A stretch of 64,000 nucleotides of DNA from a virus (IMGVR_UViG_3300033405_000002:179595-243594); one strand, 5' to 3'. Shown: positions 22,928 through 32,677, counted from the first letter of the stretch. A program made the numbers and translations. The notes: a model not told the origin generated them from the letters alone.

Positions 22928-24484
22928 ATGGTTATGAAACTTCGTCTATTCTCCGTTGCTGCACTGATTCTGTTTGCTACCAGCGCGGCGTTCGCGTGGC
23001 CCTCGTGTTCGGGCAACTGGGTTCAGGTTCCAGCGGGGACCAAACAGGGAACGGTTGGCTCCGGCAACGTCGGAGCTATCGTCACTGAGAACGGTCAGAC
23101 GTTCGAATGTGAATCCCCATCGAACCCCTCCGGTGGTGGAAATACCAACACCAATAACAATTCAGCCAGTTCAACATCCTCGTCCAGTTCCAACTCTGGT
23201 GCAACATCAGGCTCATCGTCCGGCGCTTCTGCCACTGGCGGCAATTCATCCGCCACGGGTGGAAACTCGTCATCGACCGCTAACGGCGGTGCAGGTGGGT
23301 CGGTTTCAGGCTCCGGCAATTCATCTTCTTCGTCCGGCGTGAACAACTCCGGCAACTCGTCCAACACCAATAACAACACCGCTCAGGGCGGCAAAGGTGG
23401 TCAGGGTGGTCAAGGCGGCACTGGTGTGGGCGTAGGCGTCGGAATCGGCGGCGGCGCATCCAACAACGGCAACGGGAACGGCAATGGCAACGGGTCGAAC
23501 AACACGACCACAGCCAACGGCGGAACCTCGAATGCCAACGGCAACGGCAGCAATAACACCACGGTAGCGAAGGGTGGGTCAGCGAACGGCAATGGCTCGA
23601 ACAACACCACCAACTCTACCTCTTCTGCGACAGGCAACGGCAGCAATAACACCACCGCCGCAAACTCCAATCAGTCACAGTCCAGCACTTCGTCAGCGAA
23701 CAACTCTGGCGGTAACTCCAGCAACTCGTATTCGAGCACGAGCAACACGACCGTGGAAGCTCCGAAGATTCCGGTCAACACCGCGTATGCTCCAACCACC
23801 ATCCCGACGTCGCCCTGTCTCAAGGGCTACAGTGGCGGCGGTCAGGGTGCGAACTTCGGTTTCGCTTTCGGCGGCAGCAAGGTTGATGAGAACTGCGCTG
23901 CGCTGGAAACGGCACGTGCCTTCGACTCCATGAACGAACGTCTGGCGGCTTGCAAGGTCAAGATCAACACCAAGTACGCCAAGAAAGCTGGCGTCACGCT
24001 GGAAGACTGTATGCAGGTTGAGATGGTTCCCGCGCCTCCGACCGCTCCGGTGGTTGAGAAGCACGAAGAACGGCAGCAGCCCATCGTGGTTGTAGTCCCG
24101 ACACCGCAAGCTGCGGCTCCAGTGCCAGCGATTGCTCCGCAGCCCCCGGCTCCGGCAATCGTTTGGACGAGCGTTTGCACGTTCGCCAGCAAGACGGTCT
24201 GCACGGCGGAAGATAAGACCTTTACTCCTGATCCGGCCCGTCCGACATCAGTCTGTAAGATCATGATTGACTCCGCAGTCCGTGCGTACAAGCAAAGCCC
24301 GAACAGCCGCTTCGTGCTCGTTGGCAACCGCAACCGGGAAGAGAGCGATCTGCTCCCGACTGCCCGCGCCAACAACGTTCGCAAGCAGCTTGAAGCCGCT
24401 GGTGTACCAGCCAGCGCTATCAACGTTCAGGTTGGTTCAGGAACGACCCGCACGGTAGAGATCGTCCTGATTCAGGCTCAATAA
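22928..24484 (+). CDS. secreted low-complexity protein rich in Ser, Gly, Asn and Thr, with an OmpA-like C-terminal domain
   Basis: signal peptide; about 200-aa SGN repeat region; C-terminus 'FVLVGNRNREESDLLPTARANNVRKQLEAAGVPA' resembles the OmpA-C peptidoglycan-binding motif. Confidence 0.55.
   Translation: MVMKLRLFSVAALILFATSAAFAWPSCSGNWVQVPAGTKQGTVGSGNVGAIVTENGQTFECESPSNPSGGGNTNTNNNSASSTSSSSSNSGATSGSSSGASATGGNSSATGGNSSSTANGGAGGSVSGSGNSSSSSGVNNSGNSSNTNNNTAQGGKGGQGGQGGTGVGVGVGIGGGASNNGNGNGNGNGSNNTTTANGGTSNANGNGSNNTTVAKGGSANGNGSNNTTNSTSSATGNGSNNTTAANSNQSQSSTSSANNSGGNSSNSYSSTSNTTVEAPKIPVNTAYAPTTIPTSPCLKGYSGGGQGANFGFAFGGSKVDENCAALETARAFDSMNERLAACKVKINTKYAKKAGVTLEDCMQVEMVPAPPTAPVVEKHEERQQPIVVVVPTPQAAAPVPAIAPQPPAPAIVWTSVCTFASKTVCTAEDKTFTPDPARPTSVCKIMIDSAVRAYKQSPNSRFVLVGNRNREESDLLPTARANNVRKQLEAAGVPASAINVQVGSGTTRTVEIVLIQAQ
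23130..23760 (+). repeat. low-complexity coding repeat (GGC/AAC/AGC-rich) inside the 22928 gene
   Basis: generates spurious ORFs in the other frames. Confidence 0.6.
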
Positions 24485-24508
24485 CTTTCATACGCAGTAC
24501 CTTCATAC

Positions 24509-24540
24509 CACCCCGGCTTTCGAGCCGGGGTTTTCTTTTG
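24509..24540 (+). terminator. rho-independent terminator
   Basis: CCCCGGC-TTTCGA-GCCGGGG followed by TTTTCTTTT. Confidence 0.7.
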
Positions 24541-24843
24541 TGGTATCATAGCTCTATGGGACTCGAATTTAAGATCATCCAGAGTGAACGCAAGGAACTC
24601 GATAAGGCCATCTGCGACCGCTGCGGCGTAGAGATAAAGAAGCTCAGCGAAGGGCATTGGAATGAGTATGGTGAGCCGCATAGCGTCTACCATGAGCCGG
24701 GGTTTGACTGCTTCTTCTTCCTTGAGCATAGCTGGGGCTATTTCTCCAATAAAGACGGACAGACGCACCGCGCCGTCCTGTGTGAGCCTTGCTACGACAT
24801 CGTGTTCAAAGACGTGAAAATCAAGGTCACGAACTACCTGTGA
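24538..24843 (+). CDS. small Cys-containing protein
   Basis: 101 aa. Confidence 0.4.
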   Translation: MWYHSSMGLEFKIIQSERKELDKAICDRCGVEIKKLSEGHWNEYGEPHSVYHEPGFDCFFFLEHSWGYFSNKDGQTHRAVLCEPCYDIVFKDVKIKVTNYL

Positions 24844-24873
24844 AAAAGTGACCCCGCTTCAGTATTAGTAAAA

Positions 24874-25638
24874 GTGAAACTCCAACTAACGACATCATCC
24901 GCTACTCACAAAGGGCAGCGTCCATACCAAGAAGATCGGCTATTCACCGCAACCATGCAGGAAGGCACGCTTCTAGCTGTGTTCGATGGACACGGCGGCG
25001 GCGAAGTGTCCCATCTCGCGTCCGAAGAACTCCCGGTGATGTTTGCTGACGAAATCACCGAAGACGGAGCGATCAACCACGTGGATGACGTTCTCCGTAA
25101 CGTGGTGCAAAAGTTGAACATAATGACACAGGACAAGGAACCGGGGTCTACACTTTCCCTCGCGTTCATCCCCGCTGGGAAGCCTGTGGTTTACTGCGCG
25201 GTCATGGGGGATAGCCCGATCCTTATCAAAGACAAGGACGGCAAGATCAATATCAGCCCGGATCACAACATCCGAACTAACGACGCGGAGCGCCGTGCGG
25301 CCGAAGATCGCGGCGGTTTCTGCGATGGCGGCTATTTGTTCGCATCGTTTGACGGCATGGGACTTCAGATGGCCCGCGCCCTTGGCGATTCGCACCTGAA
25401 CAAGGTTTTGTCTCGCCTACCGGACGTGTACGCCGTGGAGATCAACGAGAACAGCTTCGTGCTTGTTGGCACTGACGGTCTGTTCGACCCCGGTCACTGG
25501 AACTTCAAAGTGGAAGCAGATGCCGTGGTAAAGTTGATTGACGAAGGGGCCGATGCTGCCGCGCTCGTCACGCGTGCGGTGAATATCCCCACAGGAGACA
25601 ACGTTACGGCAATCCTTGCGAGGTTCGCAAATGAGTGA
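24874..25638 (+). CDS. PP2C-family Ser/Thr protein phosphatase
   Basis: motifs FDGHGG, MGDS, ARALGD and GTDGLFD. Confidence 0.7.
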   Translation: MKLQLTTSSATHKGQRPYQEDRLFTATMQEGTLLAVFDGHGGGEVSHLASEELPVMFADEITEDGAINHVDDVLRNVVQKLNIMTQDKEPGSTLSLAFIPAGKPVVYCAVMGDSPILIKDKDGKINISPDHNIRTNDAERRAAEDRGGFCDGGYLFASFDGMGLQMARALGDSHLNKVLSRLPDVYAVEINENSFVLVGTDGLFDPGHWNFKVEADAVVKLIDEGADAAALVTRAVNIPTGDNVTAILARFANE

Positions 25639-25855
25639 GATGTACGCAAAGCCTCCGCGTGAATTCAGTTGGCGTCGAGACTTTTGGTTTCCAATCTACT
25701 ACTTTTTCTGGCACAACACTTGGTGGTTCCGCCGTTTGTATTGCAAGCACAACGGCGTCCACTTCTCCGATTCGACGAAGGGCGAGTTCACCATGTGCGC
25801 CACATGCTACAGTAAAGACGTGCCGCAACGCTGCGGTCAGAGAAACCCCGTCTAA
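25631..25855 (+). CDS. small aromatic-rich protein
   Basis: ATGAGTGA overlap with the upstream gene. Confidence 0.35.
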   Translation: MSEMYAKPPREFSWRRDFWFPIYYFFWHNTWWFRRLYCKHNGVHFSDSTKGEFTMCATCYSKDVPQRCGQRNPV

Positions 25856-25858
25856 GAG

Positions 25859-27880
25859 ATGAAGCTAAACGAGGAACAAACAAGAGCCGTAGAGCACCCA
25901 CAGGGGGAACCAGCGGTGCTGATCGCTGGCGCTGGCTCCGGCAAGACTCGTGTGCTCACCGAGCGCGTCCGCTGGTTGATGGATCAAGGCGTTGCGCCAC
26001 GTCGTATCTGCGCCATCACATTCACCAATAAGGCCGCCGGGGAACTCAAAGACAGGCTTGGTATTGGCATCCACACGCCGCCTGACAAAGAGCCACGCGT
26101 CAGTACAATCCATTCCCTTGCGTTAAACGGCATCCGCAAGAATCCCCCGGCTTTCGGTCTGGCTGACAAAGTTACACCCTTGGACGAATGGGACCAGCAG
26201 CAGTTGATGAAGAAGGTCATCGAGCGTTACAACGAGAAGAACAAACGCGAAGGGGAAGAGAAAGAAGTTTACGTCATACTGGATAAGATCAGCTTTCATC
26301 GTGCGCGTGGCTTGGGTTTTCGCGACGAATACACTGAAGCTGTCCACAAGAAGGCACAGGTTGAACACTCTGGCTACCACGCCATGAGTGACGAGCACCT
26401 TGACATCTGGGAAGCGTTTGAAGACGAGAAGCGCAAGAACTCTGTCGTGGATTTCGATGACATGCTTCACCTTGTGGTTCGCAGATTGCGAACTGACCCG
26501 AAGTGGAAAGCATCTCTTCAAAAGCAATTTGACCACGTGTTGATGGACGAAGCGCAGGATACGAACCCCGTTCAATGGGAGTTTGTAAACGGACTGCTGG
26601 GCCCTGACAACAAAAATCTTTACGTTGTGGGGGACATGAGCCAGTCTATCTACGGCTTCTCCGGCGCTGTCCCGGCTCTGCTCAAGGAATACTCCGAAGG
26701 CTGGCGTGGCACAGTGCCGACGATGTACCGCATCGCCCGCAACCACCGCAGTCTGCAAGTCATCGTGCAATTGGCGAACAAGATTCAGAAAACGATGACT
26801 CACACGATCCCGCTTCAGATGGAAACACATCGTCCAGAAGAAGGAGATTTCAACATCATCGCCGCCAGCTTGCCACAGGACATCGCTAACGGGATTGCAA
26901 CCCAAATCCAAAAGGATGCGCGGCGCAAGGTCAACCCGATCCTTTACAAAGAAAACGCGATCCTTGTACGCAGTGGTAAAACGCAAGTCCGGGACTTGGA
27001 GGGTGAGCTTGTACGGCGTCGTATCCCGTACATCGTTCGCGGCGGGCGCGGCTTGCTCCAGACTGAAGAAGTACGCGACATCTTGGCGTATCTCCGGTTG
27101 ACTACCAACCGCAAAGACTACATGACGTTTACACGTTGCTGTGCCGTTCCCCGCTGCGGAGTCGGTGACGTGGCGCTCGCTAAGCTGCGTATTGAAGCAA
27201 ACCAGAAATACGACGGAGACTTGCTCGAAGCCGCTAAAACCAACGACCGCTTGCATAATCTAGTCAGCATCATTGACCAGATTACCCTGTTCAAAGACGA
27301 TCCGGTTAACGCATTGCAGAAGTTGCTGGCGCTGTTTGATTACCGCAAGTACGTTGCGGAAAAATACAAGAAGGACAAAGATAAGGTGCGTGTCAAGCTG
27401 GAAAACATCGAAAGATTTGTGCTCATGGTTGTGGCTTTGACAGAAGGCACCGAGCAGACATTGGACGACCTGATCTTCAAAATGACACTGGATCGCCCAA
27501 ACCCGGAGAACGAGAAGGCGTTGTATGACCAGCAGCTTGCGTCCGGGGAGCTAACACAAGAGCAGTACGATGTCAAGATGGAAGAGTTACAAAACGGCTC
27601 AGTCACCATCAGCACAATCCATAGCGCAAAGGGCCTCGAATGGAAGCGCGTTTACGTGACCAACATCTACGAAGGCTCCCTACCGCACAGGTGGTCAATG
27701 GGTTCAGACGAGGAGATTGAAGAAGAAAGACGGCTCTTTTACGTGGCTTGCACGCGTGCTCGTGACACTTTGGTACTCTGTGTCCCCCGAAAGATCGCTG
27801 TCCAAAGCACCGCCAACTTCCAGCGGCTCGCCCCGTCCCGGTTTCTCAAAGAAATCAATGTATCCATTCCGGCTGAATAG
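25859..27880 (+). CDS. UvrD/PcrA/Rep-family superfamily-1 DNA helicase
   Basis: LIAGAGSGKTRVLTERV Walker A; 'TFTNKAAGELKDRL'; 673 aa. Confidence 0.85.
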   Translation: MKLNEEQTRAVEHPQGEPAVLIAGAGSGKTRVLTERVRWLMDQGVAPRRICAITFTNKAAGELKDRLGIGIHTPPDKEPRVSTIHSLALNGIRKNPPAFGLADKVTPLDEWDQQQLMKKVIERYNEKNKREGEEKEVYVILDKISFHRARGLGFRDEYTEAVHKKAQVEHSGYHAMSDEHLDIWEAFEDEKRKNSVVDFDDMLHLVVRRLRTDPKWKASLQKQFDHVLMDEAQDTNPVQWEFVNGLLGPDNKNLYVVGDMSQSIYGFSGAVPALLKEYSEGWRGTVPTMYRIARNHRSLQVIVQLANKIQKTMTHTIPLQMETHRPEEGDFNIIAASLPQDIANGIATQIQKDARRKVNPILYKENAILVRSGKTQVRDLEGELVRRRIPYIVRGGRGLLQTEEVRDILAYLRLTTNRKDYMTFTRCCAVPRCGVGDVALAKLRIEANQKYDGDLLEAAKTNDRLHNLVSIIDQITLFKDDPVNALQKLLALFDYRKYVAEKYKKDKDKVRVKLENIERFVLMVVALTEGTEQTLDDLIFKMTLDRPNPENEKALYDQQLASGELTQEQYDVKMEELQNGSVTISTIHSAKGLEWKRVYVTNIYEGSLPHRWSMGSDEEIEEERRLFYVACTRARDTLVLCVPRKIAVQSTANFQRLAPSRFLKEINVSIPAE

Positions 27881-28130
27881 GCATCAAAGAAGTGTGAAGC
27901 CAAAACGCAAAGTCCACTCCAGCCCTGAGAAGTATGCCGCCGCACGCAAGGAATTCGTTGGCGCGTTGATGGCAAATCTGTTACATTCATTGAAGAACAA
28001 CGGGTACGTCCCGCAAGACTTGCGCCGGGATTGTGCAGAACTCCAACTCATGTGGGACAAAGTTTCACAGTTGCGGATGATTAACCCGCTTACCATTGCC
28101 GAACTCAAAAAGGAATTTGAGCTTTTGTGA
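27858..28130 (+). CDS. small basic protein
   Basis: overlaps the helicase 3' end. Confidence 0.4.
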   Translation: MYPFRLNRHQRSVKPKRKVHSSPEKYAAARKEFVGALMANLLHSLKNNGYVPQDLRRDCAELQLMWDKVSQLRMINPLTIAELKKEFELL

Positions 28131-28396
28131 CGGACGCCCCAAATCTCGAACAGATTACCGAGCAGCGGCAATTGGAAGATGCCACGCGGTTTCTCGCGGA
28201 ATTGCAGAAGCTCGATGCGCCGGGATTCGTTGACATGATCCGCGCCATGCTGGTAATCCGGGACAGCAATGACCCCGAGGCGCTCCGGTTGGCAGCGAAG
28301 TGCATCTTGCGGAACCAAGAGCGCTTGGAAGAAGCTCTTGACGACGCCCGCTCTGACTTGGAATCTTGGAAGCAGCGCGAAAGGTATACGGTATGA
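28127..28396 (+). CDS. hypothetical protein
   Basis: 89 aa. Confidence 0.45.
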   Translation: MTDAPNLEQITEQRQLEDATRFLAELQKLDAPGFVDMIRAMLVIRDSNDPEALRLAAKCILRNQERLEEALDDARSDLESWKQRERYTV

Positions 28397-28545
28397 CGTT
28401 AAAAGGGTTTCTGCTATTGGTGATTCTCATCGTGGTTGTTTGTTTCGTGGTCAGCCATTCGTTCTTTTTCGTTTCGCTTGGCACAGGGCTGGCGGCGCTC
28501 ACGGTTTTGATTCTGGCACTGTGGCTGTGGGGAAAACTGAAGTGA
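28393..28545 (+). CDS. small membrane protein (50 aa)
   Basis: ATGA overlap; two hydrophobic helices; below the ORF-track cut-off. Confidence 0.3.
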   Translation: MTLKGFLLLVILIVVVCFVVSHSFFFVSLGTGLAALTVLILALWLWGKLK

Positions 28546-28688
28546 AAACTTTTGACGAAGCTCTGGACGAGGCGTTCAACAACATCGTCATCGACCGCCT
28601 CGATAGGGTCCGTCAATCGGTGGAGCGTTTTACTGAGCGTGCTAAGAAGCTGCGCGAAGAAGAACAGAAAGACGGGGAGAAGAAATGA
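28542..28688 (+). CDS. small charged protein (GTG start)
   Basis: GTGA overlap with the upstream gene. Confidence 0.3.
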   Translation: MKTFDEALDEAFNNIVIDRLDRVRQSVERFTERAKKLREEEQKDGEKK

Positions 28689-29632
28689 AGCCGAGCTACG
28701 GCGTCATCGTCGGGCGATTCCAAGTCAATGACTTGCACGAGGGGCACATGGAGTTGTTTCGCCAAGTGCGCTCCCGGCACAGCGGCGTCATCGTTTTTGT
28801 CGGCGTTGCTCCGGCTGGTTTGACCAAAGACAACCCATTGGATTTCCCTACGCGCCGCGCCATGATCCAAGCCAAGTTCCCTGACTTCACTGTTTTACCT
28901 TTGCAGGACTGCAAGACCGACGAGCAATGGAGCGAACAGCTTGACACCGCCATTGGCTCCGTTGTAAATTTCGGCGATGTGACGCTCTACGGCGGGCGTG
29001 ACTCGTTCGTGCCACATTACACCGGAAAATTCAAGCCTGTTGAATTAGCCCTCCCCACCGAAACTCAGAAAGTCAGCGGCACCGACATCCGTAACGAATA
29101 CTCGAACAAGGTGATTGAATCGCCGGAGTTCCGCGCCGGGATGATCTATGCCGCCGCGCACCTTTGGCCCGTCCTGTTACCGACCGTGGACATCGCCATT
29201 TTCAACAGCGATTACACTGAAGTCCTGCTGGGGCGCAAACCCGGCGAAAAGCAGTTCCGTTTCATCGGCGGTCACGCGGAGAAGAAGCACGGCACCTATG
29301 AGAAGGGCGCTCGCTGCGAAGTGCTGGAAGAGGCTGGGATTGATCCGAATGAGATGCAATACATCGGCTCCGCTGTGATCCCTGACTGGCGCTATGCCAC
29401 GTCTGATCGCGGCGTGATGACAGCGTTCTTCGCAACTACCACCATGAGCCAAGCTGCTACGGCTGGTGACGACATCGAAGAAGTGAAGTGGTTCAAGGTC
29501 TCGCAACTTACTGCATCCGATCTCGTGGACACGCATCAAATCCTGTATAGGATGTTGGCGGATTACCGAAACAAGATCGTGTTCACCAACATCAACAAGG
29601 AGAAGACAAATGCCGGAACCGCTAAAGCTTAA
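28685..29632 (+). CDS. bifunctional NMN adenylyltransferase (NadM-like) and Nudix hydrolase
   Basis: GRFQV..LHEGH nucleotidyltransferase motif; Nudix box GGHAEKKHGTYEKGARCEVLEEAGI. Confidence 0.75.
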   Translation: MKPSYGVIVGRFQVNDLHEGHMELFRQVRSRHSGVIVFVGVAPAGLTKDNPLDFPTRRAMIQAKFPDFTVLPLQDCKTDEQWSEQLDTAIGSVVNFGDVTLYGGRDSFVPHYTGKFKPVELALPTETQKVSGTDIRNEYSNKVIESPEFRAGMIYAAAHLWPVLLPTVDIAIFNSDYTEVLLGRKPGEKQFRFIGGHAEKKHGTYEKGARCEVLEEAGIDPNEMQYIGSAVIPDWRYATSDRGVMTAFFATTTMSQAATAGDDIEEVKWFKVSQLTASDLVDTHQILYRMLADYRNKIVFTNINKEKTNAGTAKA

Positions 29633-31067
29633 CCCAATCTGGAACACCGACAGCTACAAGCTGGGGCACTGGGTGCAGTATCCACCTGACACTGAGTACA
29701 TTGAGTCCCACCTGATGTCGCGGGGCGGCTTTTTCAAGCAGACTTTGTTCCAAGGGCTTCAAGGCATCCTGAAGGCGAACTACACCGGAGTTGTGTTCAC
29801 GAAAGCTGATGTGGACGAAGCCCGTTTCCTCTCTGCCTTGCATTTCGGCTCCGACAAGGTGTTCAACTACGCTGGCTGGACCCGCTTGCTTGAAAAGCAT
29901 GGCGGACGCCTGCCTCTCAAGATTCGCGCTCCCAAGGAAGGGACGCTTGTTCAGACCAAGAACGCCCTGATGACCATCGTGAATACTGATCCAGAGTTTC
30001 CGTGGTTGACCAACTGGGCCGAGACGATCCTGCTTCAGGTTTGGTATCCAATCACAGTTGGCACCTTGTCGTTCAAGATTCGTCAAGTCATTGGCATGGA
30101 CCTCGTGCGCACAGGTGATCCGGCAGGTCTGGATTTCAAGCTGCACGATTTCGGTTTCCGTGGCGTATCATCGAAAGAGACGGCTGCTATCGGCGGCGCT
30201 TCGCACCTATTCAACTTCCACGGTACTGACACGCTTGCTGCGATTCAGTACATTCGCCAGTATTACGGCGGCAAAGACCCCGGCAACCTGATGCCCGGTT
30301 TCTCGATCCCGGCAATGGAACACTCGACTGTCACTTCATGGGGCAAGCCCGGTGAAGCAGCCGCTTACCGGAACATGCTGCTGAAGAACCCCGATGGTCT
30401 GGCGGCGTGCGTGGTGGACTCCTATGACACCCACAACGCCGTGGAGAACATCTTCGGCGGCGATCTGCGGGACATGGTGCTTCGGCGCAACGGCACTGTT
30501 GTGCTGCGCCCGGACTCCGGCGATCCGGTCGTGGTGATCGAAGACATCTTCAACTCGGTCGCCGACAAGTTCGGCTACACGACTAACACGAAAGGTTACA
30601 AGGTTCTGCCCTCGCAGGTTCGCGTCATCCAAGGCGACGGCGTGAACTTCCAAAACATCCAACGCATCAACTCGTCTTTGACTCGCGGCACGTGGTCAAT
30701 GGACAACTGGGGCTACGGCATGGGCGGTGCGCTGCTTCAGCAGTTGAATCGTGACACTCAGCGTTTCGCGATCAAGTGCAACGCGATCTCTCGCTCTGGC
30801 GTTTGGACCCCGGTCTTCAAAGACCCAAAGACTGATCCGAGCAAGGCATCAATCGGTGGTCATGGTCTGTGTCTTGTGGATCGCGCAGTGGATCACTCCG
30901 GCGACTACACCACGGTTGTAAGCGGCGATTCGGACGCTTATGGCAACGAACTGGATGTCGTACTGTTGGACGGTGAATTGAAACGTGACCAGCTTTATCA
31001 GGATGTTTGGGACACGGCCCGTAAGTACGACACTTACGTTGAAGAAGCGCAAGAAGCATACGCATGA
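29610..31067 (+). CDS. nadV: nicotinamide phosphoribosyltransferase (NadV/NAMPT)
   Basis: N-terminus 'NTDSYKLGHW'; 'GFRGVSS'; 485 aa. Confidence 0.85.
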   Translation: MPEPLKLNPIWNTDSYKLGHWVQYPPDTEYIESHLMSRGGFFKQTLFQGLQGILKANYTGVVFTKADVDEARFLSALHFGSDKVFNYAGWTRLLEKHGGRLPLKIRAPKEGTLVQTKNALMTIVNTDPEFPWLTNWAETILLQVWYPITVGTLSFKIRQVIGMDLVRTGDPAGLDFKLHDFGFRGVSSKETAAIGGASHLFNFHGTDTLAAIQYIRQYYGGKDPGNLMPGFSIPAMEHSTVTSWGKPGEAAAYRNMLLKNPDGLAACVVDSYDTHNAVENIFGGDLRDMVLRRNGTVVLRPDSGDPVVVIEDIFNSVADKFGYTTNTKGYKVLPSQVRVIQGDGVNFQNIQRINSSLTRGTWSMDNWGYGMGGALLQQLNRDTQRFAIKCNAISRSGVWTPVFKDPKTDPSKASIGGHGLCLVDRAVDHSGDYTTVVSGDSDAYGNELDVVLLDGELKRDQLYQDVWDTARKYDTYVEEAQEAYA

Positions 31068-31246
31068 TCGCAGACGTTCTCACGCAGGTGAAAGACGAAT
31101 TCTCAAGTGACCGGGATTTCGTCTTTTTCCTGTTTTCACCGAACTCGTATTTGGACAATCGCCGTCCGGTTGAGCTTTTGGATGTCGATCCGTCCCGACT
31201 CATCGGTTTGGCGCGAGCGTTCGTGCATCCGGCTGACCCATTTTAG
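31064..31246 (+). CDS. small hypothetical protein
   Basis: ATGA overlap with the upstream gene. Confidence 0.35.
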   Translation: MIADVLTQVKDEFSSDRDFVFFLFSPNSYLDNRRPVELLDVDPSRLIGLARAFVHPADPF

Positions 31247-31255
31247 GAGGACGTA

Positions 31256-31588
31256 ATGAAGGCACCTATCACATATTTGACCTACCTGAGATTCGATCCG
31301 GCTCCCGGCAAAATCACGTCTCCCCGCGATAAGAAACAGCCGCGCACTTATTTCATGCACATCACCCCGCCGCTCCGCAAAGGGCAGGAGTATTACTACA
31401 CCACCCGGAAGCGTGCCGAGAACTTTGTCGCCAAGGTTGCGGGAAATTGGGTTAAAGGCGGCTTCGCAAAGGTGTCTGGCGTGGTAGTGAAGGTGGACGC
31501 CGTTCTGCCGCCGCTCAGCGCTATGTCGCTTGCGGAACTGAAAGCCAATCACCAGATTTTCGAAATTCCGGCCGCACCCCAAAAATAA
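31256..31588 (+). CDS. hypothetical protein
   Basis: GGAGG RBS. Confidence 0.45.
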   Translation: MKAPITYLTYLRFDPAPGKITSPRDKKQPRTYFMHITPPLRKGQEYYYTTRKRAENFVAKVAGNWVKGGFAKVSGVVVKVDAVLPPLSAMSLAELKANHQIFEIPAAPQK

Positions 31589-31613
31589 ATAGAATCATGG
31601 TAGACTGAGAAAC

Positions 31614-32411
31614 GTGACCCTAGTTGTCCTCTTGCTCTCCCTACTCGCTGTTGTCGGCCTCACCGGATGCGGTTCCGCATCGCCTGACGCCGGACACCAA
31701 ATTGTGCTCGTATCCAAGCCCCTGATTTTCGGGCACGGCGGTATTGATCCAGAGCCAGTGTCCACAGGACGCACATTCACCGCGCTCACAACTGAAGGCG
31801 TTGATGTCAACATGCAGCCGCAGAAGTACGAAGTGGAAATGGACGACACCCAGACATCAGACGGCATCCCTGTCACATTCCACGCCATCATGGTACTGAA
31901 GGTCAACGATTCCGTTGCCCTGATTACCAACTTCGGCGATAAGTGGTACGAAAACAACTTGTTGGAGCCGTACAAGACGATGGTGCGCCAAGCAGTGCGC
32001 AAGCACACAATGAACGAAACCGCCATCAGCACCACGGCGCTTGACGCCATCGACGCGGAAATCCATGACCAGCTTGTCTCTTTCATCAAGGAAAAGAAGC
32101 TGCCGATTGACCTTATCACGATGACGGTTGGTAAAGCTAATCCCCCTGAGAGTGTGAAGGAACAGCGCATCGCCACGGCTACACAAGAGCAGCGCATCCA
32201 GACCGAGCAGCAGACGAAGCTCGCGGAAGACCAGCGCAAGGCGGCTGAGCAATCCCGCGCCGCCGCTGACAACGCCTATCGTGAGGCGATGGGGCTTTCG
32301 CCGGAACAGTTCCTCCGGCTGGAGACAATCAAGATGGAGCGTGAAGCCTGCAAGACGGCAACCTGTATCCTTGGTGGTGGAGCAACGCCAGTTCTTCCGG
32401 TGGGTAAATGA
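31614..32411 (+). CDS. SPFH/band-7 domain lipoprotein
   Basis: lipobox LTGC; SPFH-like core with an Ala/Glu/Gln-rich coiled-coil C-terminus. Confidence 0.55.
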   Translation: MTLVVLLLSLLAVVGLTGCGSASPDAGHQIVLVSKPLIFGHGGIDPEPVSTGRTFTALTTEGVDVNMQPQKYEVEMDDTQTSDGIPVTFHAIMVLKVNDSVALITNFGDKWYENNLLEPYKTMVRQAVRKHTMNETAISTTALDAIDAEIHDQLVSFIKEKKLPIDLITMTVGKANPPESVKEQRIATATQEQRIQTEQQTKLAEDQRKAAEQSRAAADNAYREAMGLSPEQFLRLETIKMEREACKTATCILGGGATPVLPVGK

Positions 32412-32677
32412 GTAAGCTATCCGCATATCCGTGGGACGCGTACTGCAAGTTGATCTTGTTTTACGCGTTCCTGCTTTGCGTCTTTTTCTCGATGCAGGCG
32501 TGCTCATCTCATTCCGCGCCGGACCCGATCAAAAGTTCGGACATCATCTACTTCAAAGACGCTCGCACCCAGCAGTGCTTTGCCGCCACGAACAGCTTGG
32601 ACGGTCATAGCGGCTGGTACACCACCAGCATCACTTACGTCCCCTGCACCACGGCCGTTGAAGCGCTGATAAAGTAA
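32408..32677 (+). CDS. small lipoprotein
   Basis: signal peptide and lipobox SMQAC. Confidence 0.45.
   Translation: MSKLSAYPWDAYCKLILFYAFLLCVFFSMQACSSHSAPDPIKSSDIIYFKDARTQQCFAATNSLDGHSGWYTTSITYVPCTTAVEALIK

Noticed and set aside
22974-23933. Several ORFs on both strands within 22974-23933
   Set aside because: Frame artefacts of the GGC/AAC/AGC low-complexity repeat inside the 22928 gene.
26123-27256. 377-aa minus-strand ORF
   Set aside because: Antisense to the UvrD helicase, which has unambiguous motifs.
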